Below are positions 21,174-30,123 of a stretch of DNA of 64,000 bases, one piece after another. The notes beneath the pieces were generated by a model. It was given only the letters and a program-made list of their open reading frames with translations, was not told where the DNA came from and did not search any database. The position numbers were made by a program, and so were the translations under genes. The stretch is from the NCBI GenBank assembly GCA_965262725.1, contig OZ253555.1, positions 1,600,001 through 1,664,000 on the forward strand. The letters run 5' to 3'. Each line of letters starts with the position of its first letter. Within the stretch, counting starts at the first letter, position 1. The stretch is from Dehalococcoidia bacterium. Its GTDB lineage: Bacteria > Chloroflexota > Dehalococcoidia > UBA2979.

Positions 21174-21716
21174 TCAGCCGGCGCCCCGTGCGCCGGCCGG
21201 CTCCTCGCTCATCACAAGCACCTCCGTCACCAGCCAGCGGCCGCCCTCGCGGACGAGCCGCAGGCGGACGTGCTGGGTGACCTCTTCCCGGGCGGCGCGT
21301 CCGGACGCCGGGTCCAGCCAGCTCCGCTCGTGCAGCGAGCGGACCGTCGCCTCCGCCGCGGCGGCCGAGAGCGCTTCGACCGAGACCGACTGGACGGCCG
21401 CGCGGCTCCGGCGGCCCCCGGCGATGGCGGCCGGATCGACCGCCGCTCCCGCGAGCGCCGCGCGGAGTTCGCCTGAGGTGAGCGCGGCGAGGCGCGCCAT
21501 ATAGCTGTCTGCGTCGCGGTAGTCGAAGCCGCCGTAGGCGACGACGAACGCGGACGCCGCGGCCTCCACGGCGGCCGCATCGGCGGCCCTGCGCGCGGCG
21601 CGGTCCTCACCGCGCCCGGCGAGGCGCGAGGCCCCGCTCCAGGCGGAGGCGACGGCGACCGCGGCGAGCAGCGCGGCGAGCGCGAGCAGCGCGTAGCCCG
21701 GTCCGCGCCCGGTCAC
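21174..21716 (-). CDS. Single-TM NTF2-fold protein (VirB8/Mce-associated-like)
   Basis: TM segment, FVVAYGGFDYR, C-terminal LRLVREGGRWLV. Confidence 0.65.
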   Translation of the reverse strand: MTGRGPGYALLALAALLAAVAVASAWSGASRLAGRGEDRAARRAADAAAVEAAASAFVVAYGGFDYRDADSYMARLAALTSGELRAALAGAAVDPAAIAGGRRSRAAVQSVSVEALSAAAAEATVRSLHERSWLDPASGRAAREEVTQHVRLRLVREGGRWLVTEVLVMSEEPAGARGAG

Positions 21717-22126
21717 GACGCCGCCCCGGCGGACGCGGCCGGCACGGGCGGTGGTGCCGTCATGAGCTCGGCGGCGGCATAGCTCTCGCGGGCGGGCGCC
21801 GGCGCCACGGCGGCCGCTGGCGCCTTGGTGCGGGCGCCGACGCCGCCTCGCATCGGGGCGATCGCCGCTGCCGGGAGCTCCGCGGGCACGCCGTGCGCAG
21901 CGCCGTCTCTGGAGATGGCGGTGGCGTGCTCGGGCGGAGGCGGAGGCGGTTCGGGACCGCCGACGCCGGGAAGTGCCGCGAGCAGCGTCGCCGCCAGCGC
22001 CGCCACGGCGATCACCACCACGAGCACGGAGGCGAGGACGAGCAGCAGGAGCGCGCCGGCGATGCGGAGCGCCTCGCGCGGGGGGTCGCCGAGCAGCGAG
22101 CTGACGATGAGCGCGGCCTGGAGCAC
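21713..22126 (-). CDS. Membrane protein, possibly a decayed lytic transglycosylase
   Basis: TM segment followed by AAHGVPAELPAAAIA, which resembles the start of an SLT domain, then low-complexity sequence. Confidence 0.5.
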   Translation of the reverse strand: MLQAALIVSSLLGDPPREALRIAGALLLLVLASVLVVVIAVAALAATLLAALPGVGGPEPPPPPPEHATAISRDGAAHGVPAELPAAAIAPMRGGVGARTKAPAAAVAPAPARESYAAAELMTAPPPVPAASAGAAS

Positions 22127-22129
22127 GTG

Positions 22130-23317
22130 CTACCTCCCCACCGCGCCGGCGGCGGCGCTACCGCGGCCGGCCGCGACGCCGGCGACGCGGCCGGCCACGA
22201 CGAGCGCGACGGCCGCCCCGGTGCCCGATTGCTGGACCTGGCCGTGGAGGAGCGAGGGCACCCGGAGCGTCAGGGCGGCGATGGCGATGCCGAGGAGCAG
22301 GGTCAGCAGCGCGTCCGCGGCGCCGCCGGGCACCAGCTCGACCATCAGCGCCGCGCCGAGGCGCAGCACGACGAGCTGGACCGCCTGCTGGAAGACCGTG
22401 ATCACGAAGAGGTGCGCCCACCAGCGCGTCCAGCCCTGCGTCTGCGGCAGCACCCAGCAGAGCACCATCAGCGGCGACAGCACGATCAGCACGTCCAGGA
22501 GCGCGAGCCGCATCAGCATCTGGAAGACCAGCAGCAGCGCCATCACGGCGTACGCGATCGCCACGAAGACGAGAGCGATCCCCTCCTGCGCGGCGTTCGC
22601 CTGCTCGTAGCCGGGCAGGCCGACCTGGCCGACGGCCCCGGCGAAGGCGTTGTTGACCTCGATGAGGACGCCCGCGAACTCGAGCGTGAGGTTGACGGCG
22701 AGTGCGGCGAGGATGACGCGGGGAAGCAGCTCCATCGCCCCGTGGTAGGGGCTGCCGATGTGCTGCCGGACGATGACGTTGAAGCCGCCCCACATCACCA
22801 CCACGGCGAGGCCGGCGTTGGCGATGGCGCGCGAGAAGTCCCAGAGGGAGCGCACGGTCGGGCTCTCGTAGGAGCCTGCTGCGGGGGTGCGCGTGACGAA
22901 GTTGAGCGAGGAGCCCCCGAAGCCGAGCGCCCAGTCGATGAAGCTGCGCATCGCCCCGAGCAGCTCCCGGCCGAGCGCGCTCACGACGCCGTCGAGGATC
23001 GAGGCCGCCCACTCGCGCGGGTCGAGCCCGCTCAGCAGGTCGGAGGGGCTCGGGAGCCCGGGAATGCCGATCGCGGGGGCGGCGCCGGGCGCTGGTGCGA
23101 CCGGGGCCGTCGCGGCGGCCGCCATCGGCCTCGCCTCTGGTGTGGGGCCGGCGGATGTGGGCGCCGCCGCGGCGACGAGAGGTGCGCCGGCCCGGGTGAG
23201 GGCCGCGAGCGGATCCGCCGCCTGCTCCGCGTGGGCGGGCACGGCCAGCAGCAGCCAGCAGACGAGCGCTCCGGCGACGGCGAGCAGCGGACCCCGCACG
23301 GCCAGCCCCTTCCGCAT
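22130..23317 (-). CDS. VirB6/TrbL-like conjugation membrane protein
   Basis: Polytopic protein with LMRLALLDVLIVLSPL...LPQTQGWTRWW...QQAVQ. Confidence 0.85.
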   Translation of the reverse strand: MRKGLAVRGPLLAVAGALVCWLLLAVPAHAEQAADPLAALTRAGAPLVAAAAPTSAGPTPEARPMAAAATAPVAPAPGAAPAIGIPGLPSPSDLLSGLDPREWAASILDGVVSALGRELLGAMRSFIDWALGFGGSSLNFVTRTPAAGSYESPTVRSLWDFSRAIANAGLAVVVMWGGFNVIVRQHIGSPYHGAMELLPRVILAALAVNLTLEFAGVLIEVNNAFAGAVGQVGLPGYEQANAAQEGIALVFVAIAYAVMALLLVFQMLMRLALLDVLIVLSPLMVLCWVLPQTQGWTRWWAHLFVITVFQQAVQLVVLRLGAALMVELVPGGAADALLTLLLGIAIAALTLRVPSLLHGQVQQSGTGAAVALVVAGRVAGVAAGRGSAAAGAVGR

Positions 23318-23377
23318 CGCCGCGCGCTCGCCCCGGTGGGCGGGGTGCGGCGATGCAGGGCTAGGGTGCGATCAGGC

Positions 23378-23460
23378 GTTCACAGAAAGTTCCGGCTGCG
23401 TTCCATGAGAGTTCAAAACGTTCCGGATTTGTTCCGGATTTGTTCCGGATTCGTTCCGAA
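23378..23460. promoter_or_regulatory. Helically phased GTTC direct-repeat array upstream of the tra operon
   Basis: GTTC occurs at 23378, 23389, 23400, 23411, 23420, 23431, 23442 and 23453; core GTTCCGGATTY occurs three times. Confidence 0.7.
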
Positions 23461-23756
23461 CACGCCAGAATCGGCTCAACGCGGGTCCGGGCGGCGTTTC
23501 CGCATGCTGCGAACACGTCGCGAGGACCGGCCGCATGCAGCCCACGAGCTCGCGTGCGACGGCGACGTTGGCCACCGCGACTGCTCGACGCGGTCAGGAC
23601 GTCGCCCTGCGGCATCGCCATGTGAGCCAGGGCCCAGGTTTACTTCCCACGAGCGTGTTTACAGACGCGAGGCGGGAACAGCGTCGTCGATGCCGCCGCT
23701 CAGCCTCGCGTAGCGCGGCCTCGGCCCCACCGCCCCACAAAAACACCAGGCTCCTA

Positions 23757-24932
23757 GTGTCCTGAGTCGTAATAGCGGCATATAACGGATAGGGTGTGGC
23801 ACAGCGGGGTTTTGCCCCATGGGGCAGACTCTGGAGTGTGATGAGCACCCGAATCGGACGGCCGACGGTCGCGATCGTCCTGAGCGACGAGGAGCGTGAG
23901 ACGCTGGAGCGGTGGGCGCGCCGGCCGACATCGGCCCAGGCGCTGGCGCTGCGCTGTCGCATCGTCCTGGCAGCGGCCGAGGGGACATCGAATAGGGCGA
24001 TCGCCGCGGCGCTCGATTGCCATCCGGTCACCGTCGGCAAGTGGCGCCGGCGCTTTGCGCAGTGGCGGCTCGATGGGCTACAGGATGAGCCGCGCCCCGG
24101 GGCGCCGCGCACGATCACCGATGCACAGGTGGAAGCGGTGATCGTCACGACGCTGGAGGAGCAGCCTTCCGACGCGACGCACTGGTCGACCAGATCGATG
24201 GCAGCCGCGCTCGGGATGTCGCAGTCGGCGATCGTCAGGATCTGGAGCGCCTTCGGCCTGAAGCCGCACCTCGTGGAGAGCTTCAAGCTGTCGCCCGACC
24301 CGCAGTTCATCGACAAGGTGCGCGACGTGGCCGGACTCTATCTCAACCCGCCCGACGCGGCCGTTGTGCTGTGTGTGGACGAGAAGACCCAGGTCCAGGC
24401 ACTCGACCGCACCGCTCCGATGTTGCCGATGATGCCCAACGTCCCTGCCCGCCAGACGCACGACTACATCCGTCACGGCACGACGAACCTCTACGCAGCG
24501 CTCGATGTCGCCTCGGGACACGTGATCACGGAGATGACCCCCAGGCACCGCGCGCGGGAGTTCCAGCGGTTCCTCACCCTCATCGACCAAAGCGTTCCCC
24601 GTGAGCTGGCGGTGCATGTCGTGCTCGACAACGTCTCCACGCACCGCACGCCCGCCATCCAGCGCTGGCTCCAGCGCCATCCCCGCTTCACCTTCCATTT
24701 CACGCCGACCTACAGCTCCTGGATGAACCTCGTGGAGCGCTGGTTTGCAGAGCTCACCAGCAAGTGGCTCCGGCGCGGCACGCACCACAGCGTCCCTGAT
24801 TTGATCCGCTCAGTGGAGATGTGGGTCGCCAGCTGGAACGAGAATCCGAGGCCCTTCATCTGGCACAAGACCGCGGACCAGATCCTGGACAACCTCGCCG
24901 GCTATCTAGAGCGTATTCCTGACTCGGGACAC
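23757..24932 (+). mobile_element. IS630-family element, copy 1
   Basis: Inverted repeats GTGTCCTGAGTC / GACTCGGGACAC, flanked by TA within CTAG. Confidence 0.93.
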
Positions 24933-24935
24933 TAG
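23841..24935 (+). CDS. IS630 transposase
   Basis: HTH region plus DDE motifs CVDEK, VLDN, NLVERWF. Confidence 0.95.
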   Translation: MSTRIGRPTVAIVLSDEERETLERWARRPTSAQALALRCRIVLAAAEGTSNRAIAAALDCHPVTVGKWRRRFAQWRLDGLQDEPRPGAPRTITDAQVEAVIVTTLEEQPSDATHWSTRSMAAALGMSQSAIVRIWSAFGLKPHLVESFKLSPDPQFIDKVRDVAGLYLNPPDAAVVLCVDEKTQVQALDRTAPMLPMMPNVPARQTHDYIRHGTTNLYAALDVASGHVITEMTPRHRAREFQRFLTLIDQSVPRELAVHVVLDNVSTHRTPAIQRWLQRHPRFTFHFTPTYSSWMNLVERWFAELTSKWLRRGTHHSVPDLIRSVEMWVASWNENPRPFIWHKTADQILDNLAGYLERIPDSGH

Positions 24936-25132
24936 ACGGTCTCGAACTCCAGCGCCGAGAGCTTGAGGTCCGGGGAACGCCGTGACAGGTGCAGCATCTC
25001 GACACCCACGACCTCGTTCGACTCGTTGTAGTCGAGCATCACGCCCGGCGAAACTTCCTGAGATTCGACGATGACGGACTCATCGAGACGGAGGTACAGG
25101 GCGTCGGCCTCGCGGTCCACGTGCAGTTTCAT
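24932..25132 (-). CDS. DUF2283 antitoxin
   Basis: MKLHVDREADALYLRL...VMLDYNESNEVVGVEML. Confidence 0.85.
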   Translation of the reverse strand: MKLHVDREADALYLRLDESVIVESQEVSPGVMLDYNESNEVVGVEMLHLSRRSPDLKLSALEFETV

Positions 25133-25380
25133 AGTTGGCCTCGCATATCCCGATCGAAGAATACGCTGACCACGCGCCACGGCTCAACGCGTGTGTTGAC
25201 GGCCACGCGAAGCACCCGGTCGCCGCGCTCCGGCAGCCGCCCGAAGAAGCGCTCCACCTCGGGGTCGGTCGGGTCGTCCGTCCGCAGCTCCGGCCCGTTC
25301 ACCACCCGCTCGACCCAGCCCAGGGGAATCAGTCGCTCGGCCATCGCCTGCCGCGCGTGCACGGTGACGCTCAGCTCCAC
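25129..25380 (-). CDS. DUF4258 (RelE-like) toxin
   Basis: TVHARQAMAER...RVLRVAV...VVSVFFDR; 4-nt overlap with the antitoxin gene. Confidence 0.82.
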   Translation of the reverse strand: MELSVTVHARQAMAERLIPLGWVERVVNGPELRTDDPTDPEVERFFGRLPERGDRVLRVAVNTRVEPWRVVSVFFDRDMRGQL

Positions 25381-25532
25381 TGTACCGGCACTCCCTGCTC
25401 GCTGGCCTTCATTTGTCGTCACCTCGGAGAGCAGCGTGGCGGTCTCCCGTTCGAAGGATATTTGGGACCAATCGCGGGTGCGTACGCGCGAGTCTTCACG
25501 ATCCACAACCGGTCACACCGAGGCTGTATCCC

Positions 25533-25562
25533 ATTCTAGAACAAGAGTTCTGAAACGGGCAA
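25533..25562 (-). promoter_or_regulatory. Sigma70-like promoter containing a LexA-type box AGAAC-N4-GTTCT (25538-25551)
   Basis: Minus strand TTGCCC-N18-TAGAAT, with AGAACAAGAGTTCT between and overlapping the two hexamers. Confidence 0.6.
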
Positions 25563-25685
25563 TGGACAGCTCCCAGTGGACGCATGAGCATCAGTTTGGC
25601 CAACTGGCGCTCGGGCCCTGCAGCGATTCGACCCCTTGCCTGGCCTCGTAGGATTGGTGCCGAAGTTGGAGAAGGCGTCGGCTCA

Positions 25686-26738
25686 ATGCCAAACGGCGGC
25701 TCGGATTGCTGCGGGACCTGCTGGTTCAACCGTGCGAACGCCGACGAGCCGAGCAGTGCGAATCACAATCACGAGATCCCGAGCTACTGCGAGATCCGCG
25801 AACTCGAGATTCCGAACCCGTTCTACACCTACTGCGCCAACCATCCGTATCACCGCCCGCAGCGCGATCCCATACCGATCGGTCCGGTGACCGTGCACGA
25901 GGCCGAGAGTGTCGAGAGTGAGCCGGGCCACTACGAGAGCGGTTCGTGGCGCGAGCCGTGGCGTGTCCTCGGCGAGACGGATCCCGAGGTCGCGTTGCTC
26001 CAGGAGGCGAGCCGCCCGCCGCCGGACGTCGCAACCCGAATCGCGGTGGACCCGGCGCCCTGGCGGACGGCAAGCGCGCGCGCATCGCGACCCTGGCGGA
26101 CGGCAATCGCCGGACTCTCCAAGCGCGTCTGCCTGGAGTGGATCGACGCGAAGTCGCTCGAGGATGCGGCCGGCGGGGAGCTGGCTGTCAGCCATGCCGG
26201 CACACTCACTGCGGCGCGCGTGTCCGCCCCCGACATCGAGCCCTTTCTCGCCGTCTCCATGTACGCGCCATGGAGGAGGCCGCACAAAGTGACCGGCAGC
26301 AGACGGATCTTCTCGGATGCATCGGCCCACCGAGTCATCTCCGACCTGTCCGTGCTCGTCGGCCGCGAGTCCGGTCACCGCATTCTGGCCGCCGGGGATC
26401 TCAACATCCTCCATGGCCATGGAGAGCGCGGCAGCTCGTACTGGGCCTCGCGCTACAAGACCGTGTTCGACAGGATGGAGGCGCTGGGACTCCCCTTCGT
26501 CGGCCCGCAGGCGCCAGACGGACGCCAGGCCGATCCATGGCCGCGGGAGCTCCCGAGGGACAGCAAGAACGTCCCGACGTATCACTCGAACCGCCAGACG
26601 CCGGACACGGCGACCCGCCAGCTGGACTTCGTGTTCGCCTCGAGAGAGCTGGCAGGCTCCGTGCGGGTACGGGCGCTCAACGAGCCGGATCAGTGGGGCC
26701 CCAGCGACCATTGCCGCCTGACGATCGAAATCTCGTAG
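25686..26738 (+). CDS. Cys-rich N-terminal domain fused to an endonuclease/exonuclease/phosphatase (EEP) domain
   Basis: MPNGGSDCCGTCWFN...YCEIR...YCANH, then LLQEA, AGDLN, LDFVF, PSDH. Confidence 0.8.
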   Translation: MPNGGSDCCGTCWFNRANADEPSSANHNHEIPSYCEIRELEIPNPFYTYCANHPYHRPQRDPIPIGPVTVHEAESVESEPGHYESGSWREPWRVLGETDPEVALLQEASRPPPDVATRIAVDPAPWRTASARASRPWRTAIAGLSKRVCLEWIDAKSLEDAAGGELAVSHAGTLTAARVSAPDIEPFLAVSMYAPWRRPHKVTGSRRIFSDASAHRVISDLSVLVGRESGHRILAAGDLNILHGHGERGSSYWASRYKTVFDRMEALGLPFVGPQAPDGRQADPWPRELPRDSKNVPTYHSNRQTPDTATRQLDFVFASRELAGSVRVRALNEPDQWGPSDHCRLTIEIS

Positions 26739-26876
26739 CGAGGCGTGGACGTGAGGGCACAGAGGAGCACGCCACGCCGAGCGTTCGCACTTCTCGCGGT
26801 GACGGGACGTAGCTCGTGAGTAGCGACAACGCAGCCCATGCCCGCATCGTGCGCCGCGCCGAGAAGGCTTCGTCGA

Positions 26877-27314
26877 GTGAGTGAACACGCGGCCCCGCCG
26901 CTGGAGCTGCGGTTTGACCGCCTCGCATCCCTCCTTCCCGTGTTCGAAGCTCCCGACTTCTCCTTCGGGACGTGGGGGGAAGGACGACGAGATCGGACCA
27001 CGGGCCTCGTGGAGCTGCCCTGGTTCAGTCTGTCGGAGGCTGCCGAGCAACTCGTCGACATCGCGTATGGGGACGGTTGGGTGCTGACGGAATTCGACTG
27101 GGGCGAGTGGAATTGGACGGGTCAGGCCCAGCGCTTCGAGGGGGATCCCGAGACGGTTGCGGATGCGAGCGCTCGCGAACTCGCGCAACTGCTCACCGCG
27201 CTCATTCGGCTGGATCGGTTCTCCGAGGGCACTCTGGCGGAAGCGGGTCAGTCAGGCCTCGTCACCGCCGTTCTGCGGCGCATCGACCGCCTCCACCGCG
27301 AGGCTGCCGGGTAG
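26877..27314 (+). CDS. DUF6508-like protein
   Basis: GWVLTEFDWGEW...LLTALIRLDRFSEG...VLRRI. Confidence 0.7.
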   Translation: MSEHAAPPLELRFDRLASLLPVFEAPDFSFGTWGEGRRDRTTGLVELPWFSLSEAAEQLVDIAYGDGWVLTEFDWGEWNWTGQAQRFEGDPETVADASARELAQLLTALIRLDRFSEGTLAEAGQSGLVTAVLRRIDRLHREAAG

Positions 27315-27529
27315 GGAGACCCGCCGTCCCCGCGCCGTCCCCGCGCCACCTATGGCAGACGCGCCCCGCCGCTGCGTCGCGGGGGTCGCGGGGGTCGCGC
27401 CACATGCTTTGCGGCTTGCCGGGGCGTTGCGCTCAGGTCGGCTCCCCTCGCAACGGACGTGTGGGACGGCTCACCGGCCGGACTCCGGGCAGGGCCGTCC
27501 CGAATGAGGGCCCTGCGGCGAGCCACCGA

Positions 27530-28278
27530 TCACCGGATCCGCTCAATCGTTCCGTCGGTCCCCCGCTCTCCTGAACCGAGCGGAGGGCCGATCGGCTTCG
27601 TGCACCGCCGGTCACGCCGACCGCCTCCTGTGATCCGCCATCCCTCGGTGTCGACGGGATCCCGCTCGCCGCTCGGCCCGGTCACGTAGCGCAGCGTGGT
27701 GACGATCGTCTCAACGGGGAGCTGATCGTGCTCGGGACGCTCCGGCGTGGGAAGCCCCATCGCTCCCCTGAGCGCGTCCGTCCAGTTGCGCATGTACCGG
27801 TCGATCCCGGCGGTCATCTCACTCATGGCGCGGAGGGCGGACGGCACGTCCACGGAGTCCAGAAGATCATCGGGAATGGTCAGGTCGAGATGCGAGATCG
27901 GGCGCGTCTCCGGAACGCAGCTCGAGGGTTCCGTGCCCCCTCCCCGGAACCACCGGAGACCCGGTCCGACCCGACCGGATCGATGTCGCTACAGTGCTCG
28001 ATGCCCGCGGCCCGGATGCACAGCCCGTCGAACGTCCAGCTCGTTTCGGACGCGACCTTGTGCATCGTCTCGCCGGTCGCCCCACGATTGGCCGCCAGCA
28101 TCCCGGCCTGGATCTCGGCGTCCAGGTCGTCGTCGAACGGCCGGCCGTGCACGGCCTCCGCATCGGCGATGTCGAAGAAGAGCAGCTGCTGCAGGGTGTG
28201 CCCCGACACGACGATGTTGAGCCGGCGCACGCGCACGCCGGCGATCTCCAGGCTCTGCTCCCTGACCGACGCCGTCAT
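27530..28278 (-). pseudogene. Hypothetical protein, probably frameshifted near 27970
   Basis: ATGA-coupled to the hydrolase gene. Protein-like sequence continues in another frame (ISHLDLTIPDDLLDSVDVPSALRAM). Confidence 0.45.
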
Positions 28279-29255
28279 CGAGGGGCCCCCGGCTGCTGTT
28301 CGGCGCTCGGGGTTCGGCGGCTGTGCTCGTGGAGGCGGTCGGCGAGCGTCGCGATCTCGGCCTCCATCGCCAGCTGCTCCCGCCACGGGGCCGGGATCGC
28401 CCCGGCGCCGTAGTGGGCGCCGGCGAGCTGCCCGTAGATCGCACCCGTTGTGTCGGCGTCGTCGCCCAGGTTCACGGCGAGGAGCGCCCCCTCGCGGAAG
28501 TCGCGTGCGCGGGAGAACGCCCAGAGCGCCGCCTCGAGGGACCGGACCACGTAGCCTGAGCCCTCGATCTCGGGAGGATCGCGTTCCGCGAACGACCCGC
28601 CGGAGACGCGCGCGATCTGCCCGGCCAGGGGCTCTCGCTCCCACAACCCGGCGACCGGGCAGTAGTCCGCGGAGAGGAGGGTCTCCTTCTCGACGCCTCG
28701 CAACGCGCCGACGAGCAGTCCGGCGAAGTAGCGGCAGGCATCGACCGCTTCCCGCACGCGGTGCGTCGTCCTCGAGCTGTCGGCCGCCCGGCGGATCGCC
28801 TCGGCGGGGTCTCCCGCGAAGTACATCGGCACCGGAGCGAGCCGCATCAGCGAGCCGTTGCCGGCCGAGTAGCGATCACTCGAGCCGGCGTAGGGCTCCC
28901 CCTCCTGCTCGAACCGCGACAGGGCCGCGCGGACGGTGACGCCGATGTCGAAGCAGTGCCCCGTCGAGGAGAGGTAGCCCTCCCGCCACCACCGCACATA
29001 GCGCCGCATCTGGTCCGCGGCGTCGAAGCCACCCCGCTCGACCAGACTCGTGGCCAGGCACAACGCCATCGAAGTGTCGTCCGTCCACTCTCCCGGCCGT
29101 AGCCCGAACGGCCCGCCGCCGACCATGTCGTCGATCGGTTCGAAGCTCCCGGGCGGGCTGAACTCGAGCGCGGTGCCGAGGGCGTCGCCTGCCGCGAGGC
29201 CCAGCAGGCAGCCCCGGAACCGCTCGCTGGCGGTGATCTGACCCGTGCGGCTCAT
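28275..29255 (-). CDS. ADP-ribosylglycohydrolase (DraG/ARH family)
   Basis: GLAAGDALG, WTDDT, GNGSLMR, NLGDDADTTGA. Confidence 0.95.
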   Translation of the reverse strand: MSRTGQITASERFRGCLLGLAAGDALGTALEFSPPGSFEPIDDMVGGGPFGLRPGEWTDDTSMALCLATSLVERGGFDAADQMRRYVRWWREGYLSSTGHCFDIGVTVRAALSRFEQEGEPYAGSSDRYSAGNGSLMRLAPVPMYFAGDPAEAIRRAADSSRTTHRVREAVDACRYFAGLLVGALRGVEKETLLSADYCPVAGLWEREPLAGQIARVSGGSFAERDPPEIEGSGYVVRSLEAALWAFSRARDFREGALLAVNLGDDADTTGAIYGQLAGAHYGAGAIPAPWREQLAMEAEIATLADRLHEHSRRTPSAEQQPGAPR

Positions 29256-29803
29256 CGCGCTCTAGGCTCCGTCCAGTCGCGGACGTACGCACGCTGTTCC
29301 TGTGTCTCCGGCGAGTGAGGCCGGCGATGCGCCTTCTCAACTCCCCTCCACCACTCGGCGACCTGGACCAGGGCCTCGTCTCCCGTCCTCCCGCAGCGCA
29401 CGAGCCAGCACCCGACCGCGGTCGCGGTCCGGCCGACTCCGCCCCAGCAGTGCAGGTAGACGGTCTCGCCGCCGTGCAGAGCGGCGTCGATGGCGTCGAG
29501 AATGCCGGTCATCTCTCTCGGGCTGGCCGGGACCGAGACGTCGACGACCGGATGCCGCTCATGCACGACGTGTGCGCCGAGGCGGGCGGCTTCCACCGCC
29601 GCGATCTCGGCATACGGCGCCAGCCCCTCGCCCGGCTCGGTGAGATCGATGAAATGGTCGATACCGGCGCTCAGTAGCGCCCGAAGCCTGGCCGCAGTCT
29701 CGTCGGGGTCCTTCGCGCCCGGGTACTCACCGGCCGCGAACCGGCCCGGGACGACCCAGTAGCTGTTGGGGAGCGGGCGGCCTTCGCCTGCTGGTGCGCT
29801 CAT
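29252..29803 (-). CDS. Dual-specificity/PTP-like phosphatase
   Basis: HCWGGVGRT (CX5R motif) and PETQEQ; 4-nt overlap with the ARH gene. Confidence 0.9.
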   Translation of the reverse strand: MSAPAGEGRPLPNSYWVVPGRFAAGEYPGAKDPDETAARLRALLSAGIDHFIDLTEPGEGLAPYAEIAAVEAARLGAHVVHERHPVVDVSVPASPREMTGILDAIDAALHGGETVYLHCWGGVGRTATAVGCWLVRCGRTGDEALVQVAEWWRGVEKAHRRPHSPETQEQRAYVRDWTEPRAR

Positions 29804-30123
29804 CTTTGCGGGCGCCTTGGTGCGCTCCGGGCCGCCCGCCCCCCTGCCGGGCGAGCGCCCGATGTACTGTAGCGCCCGCGCGCGATCCTCCGTGCTGGGC
29901 TGCGCCCCGCCGGGGCCGCCCATGGATCGACAGACGACATCCGCGAGCGGGGACCACGCCTTCCTCTCGCTCTCGGCGCTCGACGTGTGGCTGTTCGAGC
30001 ACGGGTAGGTGTACCGGGGGCGCCGTAGCCGTGCGGACGGTGGAGAGGACGATGTCACAACTGATCGAGCACCTGCGCTCCTTCAACAGGAAGGAGCGCT
30101 TCATCCTGCTGCGCGAGGCCCTA

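Noticed and set aside
23378-23460. GTTC-N7-GTTC as an alphaproteobacterial SOS box
   Set aside because: Gene content and the GAAC-N4-GTTC boxes point to a non-alphaproteobacterial host, and eight copies fit an element-specific operator better.
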